Shown here: positions 55,914 through 64,000 of the stretch, one piece after another
Numbering within the stretch: position 1 is the first letter of the stretch
Layout: every line of letters begins with the position of its first letter
From: a virus
Length of the DNA stretch: 64,000 nucleotides
Direction: 5' to 3' (one strand)
IMG/VR virus record: IMGVR_UViG_3300019124_000003
Coordinates: 1 to 64,000 of that record
Program-made: the position numbers and the translations under genes
The notes under the pieces: model-generated
What the model was told of the DNA's origin: nothing
Database searches by the model: none
The model's input: only the letters and a program-made list of their open reading frames with translations

Positions 55914-58900
55914 CTATTCGGCCAGCGATGCTGCCGTTGCGAAAACCTCGTTGAGCGGGATCTGCTTGTCCGGATCATGATAGACCTCGCCCGGCGAGAA
56001 CCCGACGATCAGGTTGGCGTCGAGCTTCTCCGAGTAGATCACCTTGCCGGCAGCATCCGACGCCTTGCCCTTGAAGTCGGGGATGAAGTGGCGCACGGTC
56101 GCCGAGCCCAGCATGACGATCACCGGCGGCTTCAGGATCTCGATCTCGCGGTGCAGATAGGGCGCGTAGGTCTTGATCTCTTCCGGCGAGACCTGCTTGC
56201 CCTCCTTCGGCCGCTTGATCAGCGCCGTCCAGTAGGCGTCCTTCGTCGAGAGCCCCGCCTCGTGCAGAGCCTCGCAGGTCGCCTGCCAACTGAACCCGTC
56301 GCCCATCGTCATCTGACCCTTGCGCTCCTCGGGTGCCGACGGACAGTCGAAGATCACCATGAAGCGCGCATCGCGGCCCAACGCCGGCTTTACGGGCGTT
56401 CCGTCCTCGGCGTGGGATGCGCGGTATTCGGACACGAGCGCGCCGAGCTTCGCCTTCGCGAACTTGTCGCGCTCCATGTCGCGATGAACCGGAACGATGT
56501 CCGTGATCAGGCCCGGGATCAGCTCGCGCTGGTCACGGATCCGGTCAGGGTGCTTCGCCGGCAGCGAGCCAGGCTCGATCGCGGCAAAGGCCCCGACCTT
56601 CTCCAGCTTCGTGACGTGGCCGATGTTGCAGCGCCGCTTCTCGACCCTGGCGATGAAGTCCGCCTTCGACTTGAACGGGCCGTCCTCGCGCGCAGTCAGG
56701 ATCGCCTTCACCGTGTTCTCGCCCACGCCCTTGATGCGCGAGAGCGGCATCGCGAGCTTGGTGTCGGTGACGATCTCGAAGCGGTCGGTGGACAGGTTCA
56801 CGTCCGGCAGCATCAGCTCGACGCCGAAGCGCTCCGCGTCCTTCAGGATCGCCGGCAGCTTGTCCTGATCCATCAGCGTCAAGGCGGCCGCGAAGAACTC
56901 GACCGGGTAATAGGTCTTGAGCCACATCGACTGGTAGGAGATCAGGGTGTATTCGACCGAGTGCGACTTGTTGAAGCCGTAGCCGGCGAAGCCCTCGATC
57001 TTGTCGAAGAGTTCACCCGCCCACTCCTCGTCGCAGCCGATGGTCTTGACGCAGCCTTCGACGAACTTGGAGCGCTCCTTCTTCATCTCCTCGGGCAGCT
57101 TCTTGCCCATGATCTTGCGCAGCTTGTCGGCGTCGGGCGCGGAATAGCCCGCGATCACGCGCGACACCTGCATGACCTGTTCCTGATACACCATAACGCC
57201 GAACGTCGGCGCCAGGATCGGCTCCATCAGCGGGTGGTCGTATTCGACGGACTCGATGCCCTGCTTGCGGCGCCAGTAGCTATCCATCATGCCGGATTCC
57301 ATCGGACCCGGACGATAGAGCGCGGTCGCGGCCGTGATGTCGTCGAAGGTGATCGTGCCGTCCTTGCCGAGCTCCTTGAGCAGGCGACGCATACCGCCCG
57401 ACTCGAACTGGAAGATGCCGACGGTCAGCGCCTTCGCGAAGTTCGCCAGCACCTTCTCGTCGTCGAGCGGGATCCGCATCAGATCGACCTTCTTCGAATG
57501 CCGGCGACGGATATAGTCGAGCGTCAGCTTGATCAGGTCGAGGGTTTCGAGGCCCAGAATATCCATCTTGACCAGGCCCATATCCTCGACGATGCGCTTG
57601 TCCCAGTTGACCGTCGCGCCGTCCTTCCGGCGCTCGATCACGCCGCGCTCGACCAGATCGCAGCCGCCCACGACGATGCCGGCCGCGTGACGCCCGAGCG
57701 TCTTCGTGACGCCCTCGACCTTGAGGCTCGTCTCCCAGATCGGCCCGAACTTGTCGCGGAACTCGCCGATCTCCGGCACCATGTCGGCCGCCTCTTTAAG
57801 CGGAATGTGCGCGCCGTGCTTCTTCGGCATCAGCTTGGTGCAGGCATAGAGCGACTCCGGCAGGCCGAAGGCCTTCGCCACGTCGCGGATTGCGGACGCA
57901 GGGCCCAACGCAATGAAGTTGGACACGCCCGCGACGCGCTTCTCGCCGTATTTCGAGGTCAGGTAGTCGATGATCTCGCCGCGCCGTGTTGACATGAAAT
58001 CGAGATCGGCATCGGGAAGGTCAATACGATCCGGGTTGATGAACCGTTCGAAGAGCAGACCGAAGCGAATAGGATCGCAATCAGTGATTCCCATAAGATA
58101 CGCAACAAGAGAACCGCCCACGGAGCCGCGGCCAGGACCCACCAGAATGCCATTCGATTTCGCAAAGCGAACAACGTCCTGAACCAGGAGGAAGTAGCCG
58201 GAGAAGTTGAGCTTCTTGAGGACTTCGAGTTCATAGGCGAGCCTGGGCTTGTAGACATCGCGCAGCTCCTCTGCCGACGGCTTGTGACCGAACACGCTGG
58301 ACCCGAAGCGATGGCTCCAGCCCTTCCTGCATTCCTCGACCACGGTGGCGAACTCGTCCGCGGCCATCTTAGGCAGGCTCACCGGCGCCTTCGACCACTC
58401 GTAGGCAACCTTGTTCACGAAGTCGGCCGTCGCCACGAGGCCCTGCTTGAACCAGGCGCCGGCGTCGCTGACCCCGAAGCGATCGATCAGGCGCCGGGCC
58501 GCGCTCGTCGCATGGGCGACGAGATCCTTCGTGCCCATCGGGTGCAGATCATGGAAGGCTGGCTGATAGTGCCAAAGATCCTCCAGGCGAACGTTGCGCG
58601 TCACCGCCGTCATGATCTCGGCGGCCGCCTGGTCGCCTTCCGCGTAGAGGGTAGGGCGGGCAACCAGCGTGAGCAGGCCGAACTTCGTTGCAGCGGCAAT
58701 CGCGCGCTTGTTCACCACGTCGAAATAGGGCGTGTCGATCGGCGTGAGCTGGGCGTAGATGCCGGTCGCGCCGAGCTGTTCGAGCCAGCCCTCGATGATG
58801 GTGTCGGCCTTCGGATGCGCGAGCACCGAGAACTGGTCGCCCGTCGTGATCACGAGGTCGTCGGAGCTCAGCGTCGAGAGGGCGTCGTGCAGATCCTCGA

Positions 58901-59267
58901 AACCGAGCTTCGGCACGTTGTAGAAGCGCTCGTCCGAGTTCGCCTTCGTGAGCAGCTTGAAGACTTCCTTCAGGCCCTTCTCCGAACGCACATAGACGGT
59001 CGCGAAATATTCCGGGGGAGCCTTCTTGTCCTCCTTCGTCTTGCGCCAGGACGGGTCGTCCACCAGGCGCAGACGGCAGCCGATGATCGGCTTGATGCCG
59101 GCCTTCTTCGCCTTGTTGGTGAAGTCGATCATGCCCGTCACGGACATGGTGTCGGTGAGGGCGACCGCCGTCGCCCCCACGGACTTTGCGCCCTCGACGA
59201 GGCGCTCGACCGTCATGATCGATTCACCGATAGAGAAGTTCGACCGAGCGGCCAACATCGAGTGCAT
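55914..59267 (-). CDS. dnaE: DNA polymerase III alpha subunit (DnaE-type, PHP domain)
   Basis: 1117 aa; N-terminal PHP region, FSGYFLLVQDVVRFAKSNGILVGPGRGS, C-family polymerase core. Confidence 0.95.
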   Translation of the reverse strand: MHSMLAARSNFSIGESIMTVERLVEGAKSVGATAVALTDTMSVTGMIDFTNKAKKAGIKPIIGCRLRLVDDPSWRKTKEDKKAPPEYFATVYVRSEKGLKEVFKLLTKANSDERFYNVPKLGFEDLHDALSTLSSDDLVITTGDQFSVLAHPKADTIIEGWLEQLGATGIYAQLTPIDTPYFDVVNKRAIAAATKFGLLTLVARPTLYAEGDQAAAEIMTAVTRNVRLEDLWHYQPAFHDLHPMGTKDLVAHATSAARRLIDRFGVSDAGAWFKQGLVATADFVNKVAYEWSKAPVSLPKMAADEFATVVEECRKGWSHRFGSSVFGHKPSAEELRDVYKPRLAYELEVLKKLNFSGYFLLVQDVVRFAKSNGILVGPGRGSVGGSLVAYLMGITDCDPIRFGLLFERFINPDRIDLPDADLDFMSTRRGEIIDYLTSKYGEKRVAGVSNFIALGPASAIRDVAKAFGLPESLYACTKLMPKKHGAHIPLKEAADMVPEIGEFRDKFGPIWETSLKVEGVTKTLGRHAAGIVVGGCDLVERGVIERRKDGATVNWDKRIVEDMGLVKMDILGLETLDLIKLTLDYIRRRHSKKVDLMRIPLDDEKVLANFAKALTVGIFQFESGGMRRLLKELGKDGTITFDDITAATALYRPGPMESGMMDSYWRRKQGIESVEYDHPLMEPILAPTFGVMVYQEQVMQVSRVIAGYSAPDADKLRKIMGKKLPEEMKKERSKFVEGCVKTIGCDEEWAGELFDKIEGFAGYGFNKSHSVEYTLISYQSMWLKTYYPVEFFAAALTLMDQDKLPAILKDAERFGVELMLPDVNLSTDRFEIVTDTKLAMPLSRIKGVGENTVKAILTAREDGPFKSKADFIARVEKRRCNIGHVTKLEKVGAFAAIEPGSLPAKHPDRIRDQRELIPGLITDIVPVHRDMERDKFAKAKLGALVSEYRASHAEDGTPVKPALGRDARFMVIFDCPSAPEERKGQMTMGDGFSWQATCEALHEAGLSTKDAYWTALIKRPKEGKQVSPEEIKTYAPYLHREIEILKPPVIVMLGSATVRHFIPDFKGKASDAAGKVIYSEKLDANLIVGFSPGEVYHDPDKQIPLNEVFATAASLAE

Positions 59268-59271
59268 CTAC

Positions 59272-59631
59272 TTACGCCTCCAGCGCCTTCCAGTTGGTGA
59301 TCGTGACGCGGGCGAGGGCGCCCTGGCTCTGCTCGATGATCCGCTTCTCGATCTCCTCGATGTCCGCGACCGTCCTGATGTCGCGCAGACGGCGCAGGAA
59401 CACGCGATCGGTGCCGCGGGTGGCGTCGTTGCGGATATAGTCGAACACGACCATCACCTTCGGACCCACGTTGTCGAGGATCTCCTGCACCTGCTCCGGG
59501 GTGTAGGAGACAGGGGCCTTATCGCCCTCGACCGGAGCGTTCGTCTCCGGGTTGGCCTGCTCGTTCGGAGCCTGGGTGTTCTCCGGCGCCGGAGCTTCGT
59601 TCTTGAGTTCGTCGGTCTTCTTCTTGGTCAT
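59272..59631 (-). CDS. hypothetical protein (119 aa)
   Basis: Full ORF between dnaE and the upstream gene. Confidence 0.7.
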   Translation of the reverse strand: MTKKKTDELKNEAPAPENTQAPNEQANPETNAPVEGDKAPVSYTPEQVQEILDNVGPKVMVVFDYIRNDATRGTDRVFLRRLRDIRTVADIEEIEKRIIEQSQGALARVTITNWKALEA

Positions 59632-60159
59632 CTACGCTCTCTTCAGCATGATCCGGCCATTGAGTTCGACGGCGGCGCCGAGCGCGGTGAGCACCTGGCA
59701 CGCCTGGATCGCATGGGCGGCCGCGGTCCCTTGCGTCCAATTCAGCTTCTTCATGAGCGCCATCCGGAGCTGCTCGCGGGTCAGGCCCGTCTCCAGGTGC
59801 AGCAGCAGATGGCAGGTCACGCGCAGGAAACCGATCGAGTTCTCGGGGAAGGGGTTCTCGCCCTTCGCCAGCTTCTCCGTGACCTTGATGCCGGCCTTCT
59901 CGATGCGCCTGAGCAGCGCCTCGACCTTCACCGGCAGTCCCGTTGTGAGCGCCGCGCCCGGCTCGCGCTCGGGCTTCGGGCGCTTGGGCCTCGTGCCGCG
60001 GAATTCGACCCCGAGTTTCTCGCGCAGGAGATTCCGCCGCCGCTCGCTCTCCGGTTTGCAGGACTCGGCAAACGGGCAAGAGCGGCACTCTTGAATGTCG
60101 TCGCCGTAGGACATCGGCGAGCCGTAGCAACCAGGGGCAAGGGCAAGCGTATCAGTCAT
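59632..60159 (-). CDS. Cys-rich N-terminus plus winged-helix-like C-terminus protein
   Basis: CYG...CRSCPFAESC; C-terminal WTQGTAAAHAIQACQVLTALGAAVELNG resembles the C-terminal motif of 6628..7476, 3620..4300 and 26457..27308. Confidence 0.65.
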   Translation of the reverse strand: MTDTLALAPGCYGSPMSYGDDIQECRSCPFAESCKPESERRRNLLREKLGVEFRGTRPKRPKPEREPGAALTTGLPVKVEALLRRIEKAGIKVTEKLAKGENPFPENSIGFLRVTCHLLLHLETGLTREQLRMALMKKLNWTQGTAAAHAIQACQVLTALGAAVELNGRIMLKRA

Positions 60160-60788
60160 TACTTACTTACTTCCTCGGCCAAAAGACGAAGTTCGCGGTA
60201 GATCTTGGAGCGGTCGGTGCGGTTCAGGCCCATAAGGTCGAACACGAGCGGGGCGGTCACGTCGCGCGGCGCGAAGGTGTTCAAGCCTCGCGAGCGGCCC
60301 CACTCGGCGCGGGCCTGGATCGCCTGCACCTCTTCGAGCAGCTCCTTCGGCGGATCGGTCAGAAGCGTGACGAACTGACGGGCGAGGGGAGACAGCCGCT
60401 CCAGCACGTAAGCCTTCTGATTGGCAAGCTCCACGATCTCGTCGGGCAGGGATCCGCCGTCCGCGATCACGTTATGGAGCGAGTTGTCGTCCTCGTCGTC
60501 GCCGCCCGTCGCGTCGAGCGCGACCGGCGCCATCAGACGCTCGCCGATCTCTTCCTTGATCCAGCGGTTGATATGCTGCTGCATTCCGCGCATCAGGTAG
60601 GCCCCGAAGGGCACGCCCGTTGTGGCATCGTAGCGGTCGCGGGCCTGACACCACGCGACCCAGCACTCCTGCACGATGTCGGCAAGCTGCACCGACTTCG
60701 CGCCGGCCGCTTGCGCACGCCGCATCACGCGACGGGCGAAGCTGTTCACCAGGCGTTCCGACGCCTGATAGGAGATCTGCGCCGCCAT
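60159..60788 (-). CDS. sigma-70-family RNA polymerase sigma factor (phage-encoded)
   Basis: Region-2-like ADIVQECWVAWCQARDRYDATTGVPFGAYLMRGMQQHINRWI; C-terminal region-4-like helix. Confidence 0.75.
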   Translation of the reverse strand: MAAQISYQASERLVNSFARRVMRRAQAAGAKSVQLADIVQECWVAWCQARDRYDATTGVPFGAYLMRGMQQHINRWIKEEIGERLMAPVALDATGGDDEDDNSLHNVIADGGSLPDEIVELANQKAYVLERLSPLARQFVTLLTDPPKELLEEVQAIQARAEWGRSRGLNTFAPRDVTAPLVFDLMGLNRTDRSKIYRELRLLAEEVSK

Positions 60789-61966
60789 CAGCCGAACACC
60801 CGCTGCGCGAACTGGTCGATCACCTCCTTGTCCACGCGCGACAGACGACCCGAATAGGCGAGCTTCAGACCGCCCTTCCAGTCGGAGCCGCGGACGCGCC
60901 CGAGCTTCGCGGCGTTGATCAGCTCGCGCGGAGAGATCGTCGAGCCGACGCGCCCGCCCTTGAACGCGGTGCGAACGTCGTTCGCGAAGGTGACGAGCTT
61001 CTCGGCCGCGGTGCGGTCGATCTTCGCCTGACCGGCGATGATCGCGGACTCGATCTTAGGCTCCATGTAGCCGACCTCTTCGACGATGCCGAAGCGCGAG
61101 TAGTTCGCGGCGTTCTGGAGCTGGGTGCCCTGATAGAGGCCCGTCTCGTCGCCGCCGCCGTTGGTGTTGCCGGTCGCGACGAAGCGGAAGTTCGGGTGCG
61201 GGCGGATCACGCGGAACTCAGGGGGCGCGTCCTTGATGACGAGCGGCTTGCCCTCGAGGACCGGCTGATAGACCGACAGCACGCTCGGCATGGCGAAGTC
61301 GTATTCGTCGGCGCAGTAGACGTAGCCCTCCTTCATGGCGATCGCCAGCGGGCCGAGATTGAACACCGTCTCCGGGCCGTGCTCGCCGCTCTTGACGATG
61401 AACTGGCCGATGATGTGCGCCTCTTCGGTGTTGATGGTGTGCTGAACGCGCATGAAGGGCGTGTTCGTGCGGGCGCAGATCTGCTCCCAGGCGGTCGTCT
61501 TGCCGGTGCCGTGATAGCCCCAGAAGTAGGCCGGCATGTTGAGTTCGAGCGCCATCAGGCCGGTCTTGGTCAGCTCGATGTTGAACACGTAGTTCTCATC
61601 CACGTCCGGAACGAGGGCCTGCGCCTTCTCCGAGAGGCCGCCGCGCACCGTGATCATGATCGGGGTGCCGCGCTTCGACATGGCGGCCGGAACCTCGCCG
61701 AGGCTGAACACCTCGTGGAAGGGCTTCTTGGTGTCTTCGCTCATGGTGATCGCTCCGCCGCTCTCTGCGGCCTTCCGCTCGGCAAGCTTGCGCTGCGCGA
61801 TCGCCTTCGCCTTCTCGGACATGAGCGGAGCGCCCGGAAACTCGGCCTTGTAGCGTTCAAGGGTCCAGTCCGGATGATGATCCTTGATGTGTCCAAGAAT
61901 AGTGTGAACTCTGGCGCCGTCGATCTGGCAGGTGATCTTGCCGTCGTTTTCAGCCGACTCCGACAT
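60788..61966 (-). CDS. cobS: CobS-like MoxR-type AAA ATPase
   Basis: Walker A GYHGTGKTT, Walker B YCADEYD, STISPRELI; start at MSESAEN. Confidence 0.85.
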   Translation of the reverse strand: MSESAENDGKITCQIDGARVHTILGHIKDHHPDWTLERYKAEFPGAPLMSEKAKAIAQRKLAERKAAESGGAITMSEDTKKPFHEVFSLGEVPAAMSKRGTPIMITVRGGLSEKAQALVPDVDENYVFNIELTKTGLMALELNMPAYFWGYHGTGKTTAWEQICARTNTPFMRVQHTINTEEAHIIGQFIVKSGEHGPETVFNLGPLAIAMKEGYVYCADEYDFAMPSVLSVYQPVLEGKPLVIKDAPPEFRVIRPHPNFRFVATGNTNGGGDETGLYQGTQLQNAANYSRFGIVEEVGYMEPKIESAIIAGQAKIDRTAAEKLVTFANDVRTAFKGGRVGSTISPRELINAAKLGRVRGSDWKGGLKLAYSGRLSRVDKEVIDQFAQRVFG

Positions 61967-62046
61967 ATCTAAACCTCTTCTGTTGTGTGCTTGTTTCTCT
62001 ACATAACACGACGTTCGACGGTTTATCAAGTCAGTTCTGACTTACC

Positions 62047-62075
62047 GTTATAGATCCCGTCGAACGTCTTTGCAA
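62047..62075 (-). promoter_or_regulatory. sigma-70-like promoter
   Basis: TTGCAA-N17-TATAAC upstream of the leader box and cobS. Confidence 0.45.
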
Positions 62076-62082
62076 GGGGATC

Positions 62083-64000
62083 CTACGCAGTCAGGATCCG
62101 TTTCAGTTCGCCCATGACGGTGCCCGGCAGCGAGTCCAGGTCCTCGAGGACGAAGTAGCGGGGATAGTAGTCCTTGACCGCCTTCGACATGATGCCGATG
62201 CCGACAAGCTCGATCCCCATCTTCTTCGCGTTGTCGATGGCGCGATGAAGGTTGGCATACTGCTCGTGGGGCACGCCGTAGCCGGCCGGCAGGCCGTCGG
62301 AGAGCACCAGGAGCACCTTGCGGCTCTCCTTGCGCTTCGCCAGGCGCAGCGCGGCATTCTCGACGCACTCGCCGTCGATGTTATTGGCAAGGTGCCGGGG
62401 CGAGTGAGCCGCGGCCGCGAAACGCCGCTTCACTTCGGGCGTCAGACGCTCGGCGAAGTCCTTGTAGATCGGCATGTAGAGCGCTTCCGTGCGCGAGAAC
62501 TGCCGGCCGATGCGACGCTCCTCTGCCTGAATGAGGCGAGGGGAACAACCGGTGTAGCCGTAGCCCTGCGTCGTGAAGCCTAAGACCTCGTGCGCGATGC
62601 CGACCCGCTCAAGCGTCTGCGACAGCGCAAAGCCTGCCGACATGGCGACCTCGATCGGTCCGCCGCCCATCGAGCCCGAGTTGTCGATGAGGAGGCCGAC
62701 GGCCGTATCCTTCGACGTGTTCTCCTGGGTGCGACGGAACACGCGGTCGTCGTTCGCGACCAGGCGATGCAGGCCTGCCGAGTGCAGACGGCCCGAGCGG
62801 AATCCCGGCACACGCACGGTCTGGGACCGGGCGGCCATCATGCGCTCGATGTCCTTCTGCATCACGCCGACCATGTGCCGGGTGGTGCCCTCCAGCTCGT
62901 TGAGCCAGTCGTCCTTGTAGTCGGCGCGCACGGGGTATTTCTCGATCTTGTCGAAGTCCTTCGAGAACACGATGTAATCGGCGTCCCGGGCGTGCCTGGC
63001 GCTCTCCGAGCCGATCTTCTCGGCCACCGCATCCTCGAACGTCTCCGGGATCGGGCACTCGGCGCCTTCGAACGGGTTTGGCCGCGGACGCGATGCCGCT
63101 CGCGCATCGTCCTCGCCTTCGCCACCCTTCGTGCCGACCTCGCCCTCGTCGCCGTCGGCGTCGTCTGCGTCGTCGCCGGAGCCGTCCTCGCTCTCGTCGT
63201 CGCCGTCAGCGTCGCCCTCGTCCTCTTCCTCGCCGTCGAGGTGCTCCTCGTCCTCGCCATCGTCACTGCCGGCGCCGCTCTCGTCTTCGGAGGAACCTTC
63301 GTCCTCGCCCTCGCCACCTTCGGCTTCGGATTCGTCGTCGCCTTCGCCGCTCTCCTCGTCCTCGTCGTCCTCGCTCTTGTCAGCCTTCTTCGGCTTGGAC
63401 TTGGGCTCCTCGCCAGCGCCCCTCTCAGGCTTGGACTTCGACTTCTTGGAGGACGGCTTGCCGCCCTTCTTCTTCGACGAGGATTCACTCTCGCTCTCGT
63501 CCTCCTCTTCACCCTCACCTTCGCCTTCGGGCTTGGGCGGATGGATGATGTCGTGGAGAACCTGCGCGATCTCCCAACCCTCTTTGGTCGAGGCGATCTT
63601 GGGGAAGCGCTTGATGATGTCCTCCGGCACCCGCTCGACGAACGCCTTCACGACCGGGTGTTCCCAGAGCCCTTCCTCGTCCATGAAGTCCTTGAAGCGC
63701 TTCTGACCCGCCCAGGCACGTGCGATCACCACGAGCAGCACGCCGAACTCGGCCATCGGGTCGCCCTTGACGCGCTCCAGCGCCGGTTTGGTGATCTCCT
63801 CGATGAAGAAGTCGTGCAGGCGCTCGACGTTGTAGGCCGAGCCCGGGAACTTCTTGCCCATCGCCCGCTCGATGAACGTGTCCTCGACGATGTTCTGAAG
63901 GTTGTGATGCCGCTTGCCGCGCTTCATCGCGGTCTTCACGATTTTCCAATCGGTGAAGAGGATGTGCGCAACCTCGTGATCGATGAAGCCCTGGATCGCC
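62083..64000 (-). CDS. cobT: CobT-like vWA-domain protein; 5' end outside window
   Basis: C-terminal vWA MIDAS LLIDNSGSMGG; long Asp/Glu/Gly low-complexity insert. The frame stays open upstream of the GTG at 63939 to the window edge (..GFIDHEVAHILFTDWKI). Confidence 0.8.
   Translation of the reverse strand, partial: AIQGFIDHEVAHILFTDWKIVKTAMKRGKRHHNLQNIVEDTFIERAMGKKFPGSAYNVERLHDFFIEEITKPALERVKGDPMAEFGVLLVVIARAWAGQKRFKDFMDEEGLWEHPVVKAFVERVPEDIIKRFPKIASTKEGWEIAQVLHDIIHPPKPEGEGEGEEEDESESESSSKKKGGKPSSKKSKSKPERGAGEEPKSKPKKADKSEDDEDEESGEGDDESEAEGGEGEDEGSSEDESGAGSDDGEDEEHLDGEEEDEGDADGDDESEDGSGDDADDADGDEGEVGTKGGEGEDDARAASRPRPNPFEGAECPIPETFEDAVAEKIGSESARHARDADYIVFSKDFDKIEKYPVRADYKDDWLNELEGTTRHMVGVMQKDIERMMAARSQTVRVPGFRSGRLHSAGLHRLVANDDRVFRRTQENTSKDTAVGLLIDNSGSMGGGPIEVAMSAGFALSQTLERVGIAHEVLGFTTQGYGYTGCSPRLIQAEERRIGRQFSRTEALYMPIYKDFAERLTPEVKRRFAAAAHSPRHLANNIDGECVENAALRLAKRKESRKVLLVLSDGLPAGYGVPHEQYANLHRAIDNAKKMGIELVGIGIMSKAVKDYYPRYFVLEDLDSLPGTVMGELKRILTA

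Noticed and set aside
18649-62075. Reading class-2 sites as plain host TTGACG-type sigma-70 promoters
   Set aside because: If CCGACG is taken as the -35, the spacing to the TATGTT-type hexamer is about 20 nt, which is too long. The best-conserved block (CAGCCG) sits at about -24. The recognition mode is left open rather than assigned.

Overview
The window looks like the early / DNA-metabolism arm of a high-GC tailed-phage genome, or a phage-plasmid or prophage. It is very gene-dense, about 90% of genes are on the minus strand, and most junctions are translationally coupled (ATGA / TGATG overlaps). No rRNA, CRISPR array, structural genes or lysis cassette was seen.

Recognisable genes:
- T4-like rIIA and rIIB
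- gp32-like SSB
- gp46/gp47-like SbcC/SbcD
- RecA/UvsX-like recombinase
- RuvC-like resolvase
- 5'-3' exonuclease (FEN)
- DnaE-type DNA polymerase III alpha
- class II ribonucleotide reductase fused to a glutaredoxin-like domain
- ThyX
- dUTPase
- dNMP-kinase-like protein
- HD hydrolase
- DEDDh exonuclease
- HNH endonuclease
- AAA+ ATPase
- CobS- and CobT-like proteins
- a sigma-70-family factor
- RtcB RNA ligase next to a small tRNA cluster
- a ParA plus ribbon-helix-helix (ParG-like) pair
- a small serine recombinase

Many small genes remain hypothetical.

The most interesting content is non-coding:
- Two promoter-like families with fixed spacing.
- A conserved 5' leader and a hairpin box upstream of many genes.
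- A promoter-to-terminator unit that would make a small RNA antisense to that leader.
- A dispersed TTAGCGAA/TTCGCTAA motif that persists inside coding sequence through rare codons.
- Two iteron-like arrays beside an extremely AT-rich inverted-repeat element.
- A tRNA-Ala-like element with a non-canonical anticodon arm.

Start codons were chosen by RBS, leader and coupling logic and may be off by one candidate start. Family assignments rest on motifs I recognise from memory; no searches were run.
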